DNA of 64,000 nt, taken from the NCBI GenBank assembly GCA_964517125.1, contig CAZFBD010000009.1:8891-72890 (forward strand), in the 5' to 3' direction. A program made the position numbers and the translations under genes. Shown here one piece after another: positions 51,219-58,501 of the stretch. The notes beneath the pieces are model-generated. The model was given only the letters and a program-made list of their open reading frames with translations, did not search any database and was not told where the DNA came from. Within the stretch, counting starts at the first letter, position 1. Each line of letters begins with the position of its first letter. This stretch comes from an uncultured Acidimicrobiales bacterium. GTDB lineage: Bacteria > Actinomycetota > Acidimicrobiia > Acidimicrobiales > SHLQ01.

Positions 51219-52805
51219 TCAGGCGGGGCGAGTCGTCAGCGTCGTGAAACACATCTCGTCGTTGGTGCCGTCGGCCCACAGGATGTACGCCGGCTCCAGA
51301 TCGGACCTGCGGAGCGACCGGTCCCAGCCACACTCGACCGTGATGATGTCCTGCGGACCCAGCACGATGCTGTCGACAGGCTCGTAGTTGTACTGCCAGT
51401 CGAAGTCCCAAACGGGAATGTCCAACAGGACGAGTTCGTCGGGGGTGCCCTTGTTGATGGTGAGTCGGAACCAGTCACCGATCTCGTGCATGTGCCCGAA
51501 CACGGACACGATCTCTCCAGTGGCATCGATGAAGCCAGCTGGAATGGAACAGCTCGACGAGGCGAGACCGTCGGTGAGGTGTGCGAAGTCGTCTGGCGTC
51601 ACGCCGCAGATTCGGTTGATTGAATCGTTGCGGACACCTTCGCCGCCGAATCGCTCGAGGGCGTCGGCCATCGCAGCATCGCGGTCACACAATGGGCCGC
51701 TCTCAGAGCTCATACACGGAATCTCCACGGGAGCGAGGAACTCCGAAAGCGTCACGTCCTTGAGATCGGCGTCGGCGGGCTCGAGCCCGAGTTCGAGCGA
51801 CGATGCATCCGCGGGCGCTGAGCCCTCGTAGTGATAGTGGATCTGCACGACCACGAACCCGCCTGGCGGAACCCAGAGGCCGTTGCCTTCGGGGTACTCC
51901 GTCGCATCCTGCCCAGGCGCCCAACCCAGGAACATGTCGCTCTCGCCAGCGCCGGAGCCGCCGTAGCACTCCCAGCCGGTGCGTCCATCTTCGCCGTCGC
52001 GGGCCTGCGCACGCTCCATCGACTCGGGACTCATGAGATAGCCGATGGCGTGGTGAACGACCGACGGTTCGTCGGGCACGAAGTCGAACCCCGTGATCCA
52101 GCCACCTTCGTCCAGCTGAAGGTCGTAGATCTGACAGCGGTAGTCGTCGGTGACGTTCGGGTCACCCATGTACGGCTGAGGTGGAAGCACGACAAGGTCA
52201 GGATTCGTCAACCCAGCCACAGGAATGGCCGGGCTGATGGAGGTATCGGGCTCCACATCGATGGGTGCTCCATCGGCGACCCAGTCGAGGACCGCCTGAA
52301 TCTGATCGGGGCGCAGACTGCGGTCGCCCTTGAAGGCCACACTCTCGCCAGAAGCTGGCCACGGCGGCATGTAGTTGGTGGTGATCACGTCACTCACCAG
52401 CAGGTGGGTGTCCACCACGTCCGCGACCGATTGCAGGTTCCAGTGACTTGCACCCGGGCCGCCATCGAAGTGGCAGACAGCGCACTTCTCTTCGAAGATG
52501 GGCTGAATGGATGTGCTGAAGTCGCCGTCGTAAACGGCCGGGGTTGGCTCAGCGGTTCCAGCAGCTTCGCTCCCATCGGGTTCAGCCTCTGGCTCGGATT
52601 CAGTCGAAGCATCGGACGCCACCGTGCTCGTGGTCTCGGCGGCCGATGTGCCGTCGTCAGACGTCGACGCGTCGACGGCTGCGTCATCAGCTGAGGCTGC
52701 ACTCTCGTCGGTGGCGACATCCTCGCCACATGCAGCGACCACGACCATCGCCGCGAACACGACGACAAGAAGGTGGCGCAACGAACGGGACCGAAACAGG
52801 GTCAT
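51219..52805 (-). CDS. lipoprotein with CxxCH motif and PHM/DBH-type (copper type II ascorbate-dependent) monooxygenase domains
   Basis: From ORF 51219..53120, with the start at ATG 52805. The lipoprotein signal is MTLFRSRSLRHLLVVVFAAMVVVAAC (lipobox VAAC). An acidic Ser/Thr linker leads to CAVCH. The copper-ligand motifs then follow in order: VVHHAIGY, FVVVQIHYHY, FGHMHEIG and NDEMCF. This is the same order and context as the CuH (HH...H) and CuM (HxH...M, EMC) ligands of peptidylglycine alpha-hydroxylating monooxygenase. Confidence 0.7.
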   Translation of the reverse strand: MTLFRSRSLRHLLVVVFAAMVVVAACGEDVATDESAASADDAAVDASTSDDGTSAAETTSTVASDASTESEPEAEPDGSEAAGTAEPTPAVYDGDFSTSIQPIFEEKCAVCHFDGGPGASHWNLQSVADVVDTHLLVSDVITTNYMPPWPASGESVAFKGDRSLRPDQIQAVLDWVADGAPIDVEPDTSISPAIPVAGLTNPDLVVLPPQPYMGDPNVTDDYRCQIYDLQLDEGGWITGFDFVPDEPSVVHHAIGYLMSPESMERAQARDGEDGRTGWECYGGSGAGESDMFLGWAPGQDATEYPEGNGLWVPPGGFVVVQIHYHYEGSAPADASSLELGLEPADADLKDVTLSEFLAPVEIPCMSSESGPLCDRDAAMADALERFGGEGVRNDSINRICGVTPDDFAHLTDGLASSSCSIPAGFIDATGEIVSVFGHMHEIGDWFRLTINKGTPDELVLLDIPVWDFDWQYNYEPVDSIVLGPQDIITVECGWDRSLRRSDLEPAYILWADGTNDEMCFTTLTTRPA

Positions 52806-52854
52806 ACCCCATGTTACGGACGATCGGCGTCGCAGTTGAGGCGCCGCTACGGAA

Positions 52855-53670
52855 TCAACCGTCGGTGCTGGCCGACCCGGTGAAGCTGCCCTGCGCACGT
52901 CGACGTCGCCGCATCTCGCTCCGGCTCGGCGGTGGAAGGTCGGGCGTGTAGCCAGGCGTGAACGCTCGTAGGCCGGCACCTCCGGCAGCGGCGGGCGGCG
53001 TCGAACACGGAATCGAGATGTTGTCGATCCAGATTCCCTCGAAGTCGTTGTATGCGCTGTCGACGGTGTCGAACGTGATGGCGATCTGTGCGCTCTGACT
53101 GGCCCAGGCGGACAGATCAAAGGTCAGGCGCTGGAACGCTCCGCTCGTGCCGCCGTCGTGGAAGACCTGGTACAGGGTGGCGGCCGGTCCGGCGGTTGGC
53201 AGCATGGAGATGGTGAAGACATCCCAGTTGCCGTTGCCGGTCCACAGTTCGATCTCGCGCCACACGTCCATCTCGAGATCCATCGCGCCGGACGCAGGCA
53301 ACGTGAAGACTGGGCTCGTCACGGTTCCGCCGTTCGCGGCTCCCGTGTTGTACGTGCCACCCACGCCGTTTCCGTAGTGCATGGAGTTTGACGGACTGAC
53401 CGAACGGCCGCTCGACACGCCCCAGAGTCCCCCACCCGATCCGGCCGTGTTGTCGATGGACCAGCCTTCGGTCGTGCCGGTGTCGAAGCAGTACACCGTC
53501 GGGCAACTCGACAGTCCCGACGGGGTCGCTGCGGCCACAGGCTCGGCAAGTGTCATGACGACGGGCGCCGTCCAGGCAACACCGCCCGCGACAAGGGCGC
53601 GTTGCATCATCGAACGTCGGGACAGCGAAGTCTCAGCTGAGGAGAGGGCGGGCTCACTCATGCAGATCAA
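52855..53670 (-). CDS. Tat-signal secreted protein, beta-rich (jelly-roll/MAM-like?) body, polybasic site and C-terminal Gly
   Basis: 271 aa. It has a twin-arginine leader SRRSMMQRALVAGGVAWTAPVV and a Gly/Asn/Thr-rich body (WSIDNTAGSGGGLWGV, GIWIDNISIP). The tail is PPSRSEMRRRRRAQGSFTGSASTDG-stop, which I verified codon by codon. Confidence 0.6.
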   Translation of the reverse strand: MICMSEPALSSAETSLSRRSMMQRALVAGGVAWTAPVVMTLAEPVAAATPSGLSSCPTVYCFDTGTTEGWSIDNTAGSGGGLWGVSSGRSVSPSNSMHYGNGVGGTYNTGAANGGTVTSPVFTLPASGAMDLEMDVWREIELWTGNGNWDVFTISMLPTAGPAATLYQVFHDGGTSGAFQRLTFDLSAWASQSAQIAITFDTVDSAYNDFEGIWIDNISIPCSTPPAAAGGAGLRAFTPGYTPDLPPPSRSEMRRRRRAQGSFTGSASTDG

Positions 53671-53776
53671 TCGACCGAAACATCACCTGCATGAGCGAAT
53701 TCACCCGACCAAGGGTCCCCACACACACCCACCGCGCATCCCACAATGGAAATTCGACACCCCCCCGGTGACCACC

Positions 53777-54667
53777 ATGACCAACTCCACACCTCCAGCC
53801 GACACACGCATCAGCACCGACCTGGTGCACGCGCTCGTCAAAGAGTTCATTCCGCAGCTCGCCGATGAACCCATCACCTTTCAGGAGTCGGGTTGGGACA
53901 ACGAGATGCACCGCGTCGGCGACGACCATGTGCTCCGGCTGCCACGTCGAGCGCAGGCTGCCGAGCTTGTACGCAACGAACAACGGTGGTTGCCCGAACT
54001 TGCGCCGAATCTTCCGCTGACCACTCCGGTGCCGGTGTTCGCCGGCAAACCGTCGCTCGGCTACCCCTTCGCCTGGAGTCTGCTCCCCTGGCTGAAGGGT
54101 GTGCCGTTGGTGCACTCCCCCGCACTTGCACAGGACAAGCTCGTCGACGACCTGGCCTCATTCCTCAATGCGTTGCACGTGCCAGCTCCCGATGACGCCC
54201 CCGAGAATCCGTTTCGGGGCATCCCCCTCGCCGAGCGCGACGACAAGATGCGCACCTACGCCGCCGACTGTGGCGAACTGATCGACCACGACCGGGTGAT
54301 CGAGCTGTGGGAAGAACTCTCCGACGCACCGGTCTGGGGCGGAGAGGACCTGTGGCTCCACGGCGACCTGCACCCACTCAACCTGCTCGTCCGGGGCGGA
54401 CGGCTGTCTGCCGTCATCGACTTCGGCGACCTCACCTCGGGAGACCCGGCAACGGACCTTGGCGTTGCCTGGATGCTCTTCGACGCCGAGGGCCGAGCCG
54501 CCTTCCGCAAGGCACTGCACATCGACGGGCACACGGTCGACATCCACACCTGGACCCGGGCCCGCGGTTGGGCACTGTCTTTCGCCGTCACCGTGCTCGC
54601 CCATTCCGACGGGGCACCGGCGATGCGTCGGATGGGACTGGCAACCATGAGCCAGGTACTCGGCTGA
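53777..54667 (+). CDS. aminoglycoside phosphotransferase (APH) family kinase
   Basis: This is the C-terminal part of ORF 53381..54667, with the start at ATG 53777 (MTNSTPPAD). Motifs are GWDNEMHRVGD, LHGDLHPLNLLV and VIDFGDLTSGDPATDL. Confidence 0.8.
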   Translation: MTNSTPPADTRISTDLVHALVKEFIPQLADEPITFQESGWDNEMHRVGDDHVLRLPRRAQAAELVRNEQRWLPELAPNLPLTTPVPVFAGKPSLGYPFAWSLLPWLKGVPLVHSPALAQDKLVDDLASFLNALHVPAPDDAPENPFRGIPLAERDDKMRTYAADCGELIDHDRVIELWEELSDAPVWGGEDLWLHGDLHPLNLLVRGGRLSAVIDFGDLTSGDPATDLGVAWMLFDAEGRAAFRKALHIDGHTVDIHTWTRARGWALSFAVTVLAHSDGAPAMRRMGLATMSQVLG

Positions 54668-54714
54668 AGGTCCCGAGCCGAAGCCTGTTGATGCATGCCC
54701 GTTAGGGTGCACCA

Positions 54715-55983
54715 ATGTCGACTCCCAGAGATGCCGTCATCGACGCACCAAATCGTGACGCTGTCCAGAAGCGCACGTTGCGCGTCCTCTGGGGTGCGTC
54801 GCTGCTGAGCCGCGGCGCGGTCTCATCGATGTTCCCCGTGTCGGTGCTCGCAATCAAGGAACTGCTCGGTTCCGATACGTGGGCTGGTCTGTCGACTGGT
54901 GCGAGCACGATCGGTTCAGCAGTGAGTGCAATTCTGCTCGCCACCTTCATGAAGCGGCGAGGTCGCAACCCTGGCATCACGGTGGGGTTCATCGTGGCGG
55001 TGCTCGGCGCAATCCTCGGCATCCTCGCAATCGAGTTGGGCAGCCTGCTGCTCTTCCTGCCGGCCATGGTGCTGGTCGGCTCCGGCTCCGGCACGTCGAA
55101 CCTGTCTCGGTATGCGGCAGCGGACCTGGCTTCAGAGGAGCGTCGCAGCCGCGACATCAGCACCGTCATCTTTGCCGCCACCTTCGGCGCCGTGCTGTTC
55201 CCGCTGTTCATCGGCGTCGCTGGCGACATCAGCGAGGGCGTTGGCATGAATGAAAACAGTGGCGGCTTTGCCATGGCCGTCATCTTGTTCATCCTCGGCG
55301 CTGCCCTCGTCTCCTTCCTCATGCGACCCGACCCGCTCGTCGTGGCCGGAGGCGTCGACCCGTCCGCGACCCGGAAGGGCAACGCCGTTCCCTTTCGCGA
55401 AGCGATCGCCATCGCCTGGAGCCATCCTCTCGCCCGACTCGCGCTGGTCACCCTGGTCGTCACCCAGGCCGTCATGGTGATGGTCATGGCCATGACGCCG
55501 CTGCACATGAAGGCCCATGGCCACGACACGGGTGTCGTCGGTCAGGTCATTTCAGTCCACACCGCCGGCATGTTTGCGTTCGCGCCGCTGGCTGGCTGGA
55601 TCTCGGACCGTTTCGGACGGCTCCCGACGATTGCGTTGGCTGGCGTCACGCTTGTGGTTGCCACATCCTTCACCGCCCTCGCCGGAGAGGCACCTCGCAT
55701 CCTGATGTTTCCCGGCCTCTACCTGCTCGGGCTCGGCTGGAGCTTTGGGATCGTGGCCGGAAGTGCGCTGCTCACCGAATCGGTCGACGAGCCAGATCGA
55801 GTCGTCGTGCAGGGAGCGGCCGACACCGCAACCAACATCGCCAGCGGATCTGGCGCATTGGCATCAGGTGTCGTCTTGAGCATGGCCGGCTTCCACATCC
55901 TGTCGTTCGTGGGAATGGCCGCAGCGGGCGCGCTGCTGATCCACGCTCGCTTCGAACATCGCCTGTCGCAGAAACTGGCCTGA
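54715..55983 (+). CDS. MFS transporter
   Basis: 422 aa with 12 TM segments, plus FMKRRGRNPG and SDRFGRLP loop motifs. Confidence 0.85.
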   Translation: MSTPRDAVIDAPNRDAVQKRTLRVLWGASLLSRGAVSSMFPVSVLAIKELLGSDTWAGLSTGASTIGSAVSAILLATFMKRRGRNPGITVGFIVAVLGAILGILAIELGSLLLFLPAMVLVGSGSGTSNLSRYAAADLASEERRSRDISTVIFAATFGAVLFPLFIGVAGDISEGVGMNENSGGFAMAVILFILGAALVSFLMRPDPLVVAGGVDPSATRKGNAVPFREAIAIAWSHPLARLALVTLVVTQAVMVMVMAMTPLHMKAHGHDTGVVGQVISVHTAGMFAFAPLAGWISDRFGRLPTIALAGVTLVVATSFTALAGEAPRILMFPGLYLLGLGWSFGIVAGSALLTESVDEPDRVVVQGAADTATNIASGSGALASGVVLSMAGFHILSFVGMAAAGALLIHARFEHRLSQKLA

Positions 55984-56013
55984 ACCGGCCTCCGATCCCC
56001 GCGAGGTGATCGG

Positions 56014-57141
56014 TTAGGCGGCCAGGCCGCTCACGGCGTCATCGAGACCCTGCACGTCGTACCCGAGCGCGTCGGCAACGTGTGGTTCGGTGACCTTGCC
56101 GGCGGCCACGTTCAGACCGTTGCGAAGGTGTGGGAGTGCGAGCATGGCGGCCTTTGGCCCCATGTCGGCGAGCGCAAGAGTGAACGGCAGCGTTGCGTTG
56201 TTCAGTGCGTAGGTCGAGGTCTTCGGCACGGCGCCGGGCATGTTCGCAACCGCGTAGTGCACGACATCGTCGACCATGTAGACGGGGTCCTGATGTGTGG
56301 TGGCGTGGGACGTCTCGAAGGCGCCGCCCTGGTCGATGGCGACATCCACCAGAACCGAACCGGCCCGCATGTTCCGAACCATCTCGGCCGAAACGAGCTT
56401 GGGGGCGGTATCGCCCTTGACGAGGACCGCACCAATCACGACATCGGCATCGGTGACGAGCTCTTCGAGCGCCGAGGCGGTGGAGTACACGGTTGACACC
56501 GCTGCACCCCAACGTGCATCGCAGTGATCGAGGACGGCGTTGTTGCGGTCCAGGATGGTCACCTGTCCGCCGAGACCAATGGCCATCTCGGCGGCGTGCT
56601 GGCCAACGACTCCGCCACCGATGACGACGACCTTGGCCGGAGCAACACCGGGAACACCGCCGATGAGGAGGCCAGCGCCACCGTTGGGTGCTTCGAGGTA
56701 GTTGGCGGCCGCCTGAATCGACATACGTCCAGCAACCTTGGACATGGGCGCCAGCAGGGGCAGCCCACCCTGATCGTCGGTCACGGTCTCGTAGGCGATG
56801 CATGTGGCGCCGCTGCTGACGAGGTCCTTGGTCTGGTCGGCGTCGGGGGCCAGGTGGAGGTACGTGAACAAGGTCTGGTCTTCGCGCAGCATGGCGCGCT
56901 CAACAGCCTGCGGCTCCTTCACCTTCACGATCATCTGTGATGCGGCGAATACGTCGGATGCAGTGTCGGCAATGGACGCTCCAGCGGAGCGGTAGTCGGC
57001 GTCGCTTGCGCCGATCCCGGTTCCGGCAGAGGTCTCGACAAGGACGTTGTGGCCGCGGCGAGCGAGCTCGCTGACGCTTGCTGGGGTCAGCCCGACCCGA
57101 CGCTCGTGGTTCTTGATTTCCTTCGGAACACCGATATCCAT
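56014..57141 (-). CDS. ald: alanine dehydrogenase
   Basis: From ORF 56014..57363, with the start at ATG 57141 preceded by [37 protein letters not shown] and VIGGGVVG are present. Confidence 0.95.
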   Translation of the reverse strand: MDIGVPKEIKNHERRVGLTPASVSELARRGHNVLVETSAGTGIGASDADYRSAGASIADTASDVFAASQMIVKVKEPQAVERAMLREDQTLFTYLHLAPDADQTKDLVSSGATCIAYETVTDDQGGLPLLAPMSKVAGRMSIQAAANYLEAPNGGAGLLIGGVPGVAPAKVVVIGGGVVGQHAAEMAIGLGGQVTILDRNNAVLDHCDARWGAAVSTVYSTASALEELVTDADVVIGAVLVKGDTAPKLVSAEMVRNMRAGSVLVDVAIDQGGAFETSHATTHQDPVYMVDDVVHYAVANMPGAVPKTSTYALNNATLPFTLALADMGPKAAMLALPHLRNGLNVAAGKVTEPHVADALGYDVQGLDDAVSGLAA

Positions 57142-57301
57142 GTCAGGCCCCCCTTTGGGCGTTGGCGCGTGTCGCGCGTGACGAATAGGGAAACCGTACG
57201 GGAATCTCCGCGCACAGTGTTCGCAAATATTCCGGCCGAACCCTGATAGCACGCTGGTTTCATTCCATATTTGACTCGATGTGCGATACCCTTTCCGGAC
57301 A

Positions 57302-57763
57302 ATGGACCTCGACAAGACAGATCGTTCAATTCTCCGCCAACTGCAGACCGATGGACGAACCACGCACGCCGAGCTCGCCGATCGGGTCGGCCTGTCGACT
57401 TCGGCGTGTCACCGTCGCGTCCGCCGGCTTGAGGATGCCGGGGTGATCGAGGGCTATGCGGCGGTCGTCAATCGCCATGCCGTCGGCCGAGCGGTGTCCG
57501 TCTTCGTCGAGATCTCGCTCGAGAGCCAACGTGAGGAACTCCTCGACCGATTCGAAGCTTCCGTGCAGCAGATTCCGCATGTGCAGAGCTGCCACCTGAT
57601 GGCTGGCAACGCCGACTACCTGGTGCACGTCACCTGCGCCGATGTCGCCGACTACGAGTCCATCCATCGCGAACACATCGCCGTCCTTCCCGGAGTAACG
57701 CAGGTCCGTTCGAGCTTCGCCATTCGCAAGGTCACCGAAACCACCGCCATCGATCTGGACTGA
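57302..57763 (+). CDS. Lrp/AsnC-family transcriptional regulator (AldR-like, divergent from ald)
   Basis: From ORF 57281..57763, with the start at ATG 57302. MDLDKTDRSILRQLQTDGRTTHAELADRVGLSTSACHRRVRRLEDAGVI is followed by a RAM domain. A 160-nt relatively AT-rich divergent intergenic region separates it from ald. Confidence 0.9.
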   Translation: MDLDKTDRSILRQLQTDGRTTHAELADRVGLSTSACHRRVRRLEDAGVIEGYAAVVNRHAVGRAVSVFVEISLESQREELLDRFEASVQQIPHVQSCHLMAGNADYLVHVTCADVADYESIHREHIAVLPGVTQVRSSFAIRKVTETTAIDLD

Positions 57764-57853
57764 GCAGCGAAATTTGTGACCGCTCACGAGCGCGTCGCAT
57801 CATGCGTGCGGAAACCACAGAAGGACTTCATGCCACGCCCGTGGAGCCAGACC

Positions 57854-58096
57854 TCAGGTTGAACGAGGCCGATCGACCTCACCCAGAACTCCCGAGAGCA
57901 TCCGGGCCCGGTCCTTCTCCGTGAGCTGTACGCGACCGTGATCCCGACTGAGCTCCACGACGTTTCGCGTTTCGATCAGGACGGTCTCACACGCCGGACA
58001 CGAAGCCAGGTGGTCGAGGGCCGCAGCCTCGGTTGCTTCGTCCAGCTCTCCTTCAAGGAACGTGGTGAGCTGTGCTGCGAGTTCTTCACAGGTCAT
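57854..58096 (-). CDS. zf-HC2 anti-sigma factor (80 aa, no TM)
   Basis: MTCEELAAQLTTFLEGELDEATEAAALDHLASCPACETV carries the H-x3-C-x2-C zinc-binding anti-sigma motif. It overlaps the upstream sigma-like ORF by 11 nt. Confidence 0.65.
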   Translation of the reverse strand: MTCEELAAQLTTFLEGELDEATEAAALDHLASCPACETVLIETRNVVELSRDHGRVQLTEKDRARMLSGVLGEVDRPRST

Positions 58097-58475
58097 GGGT
58101 GATGTCTCGTTTCGAAAGGATGTGTCGTAGGGACTGCCGACCGCGGTGCACTCGCATCTTCGCTGCCGATGAGCTGACGTTGAGCACCTCGGCTACTTCA
58201 CGCATGGAGAGCTGCTCCACGTCGCGCAGCACCACCGCCATGCGCTCGTCGGAACCAAGCTGAGCGAAGGCGCTCGAGATCTCCACTGCAATGTCGGACA
58301 GCACGGCCTGATCGGCCGACCCCAACGCGGTGGTTGCTGCTTCAGGCAGCATCGTCGGATCCACGGGCACGGCCCGACGTTGCCGCAACACCGTGAGCGC
58401 TTCCCGGTAGGCGACCTGCAGGAGCCTTGCCAACCAGACCAACCACCAAACCCCATTCCCGGGGTCTGACCCCAT
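58086..58475 (-). CDS. ECF sigma-70 family fragment: end of region 2 plus region 4 only (129 aa)
   Basis: From ORF 58086..59021. The only sensible start is ATG 58475, 27 nt after the upstream gene's stop. WLARLLQVAYREALTVLRQRR resembles region 2.4, and ERMAVVLRDVEQLSMREVAEVLNVSSSAAKMRVHRGRQSLRHIL is the region 4 HTH. Regions 2.1-2.3 are absent in every frame. Confidence 0.6.
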   Translation of the reverse strand: MGSDPGNGVWWLVWLARLLQVAYREALTVLRQRRAVPVDPTMLPEAATTALGSADQAVLSDIAVEISSAFAQLGSDERMAVVLRDVEQLSMREVAEVLNVSSSAAKMRVHRGRQSLRHILSKRDITHDL

Positions 58476-58501
58476 TGTGAGGTTGTGACCGCGTGGGGTG
58501 G

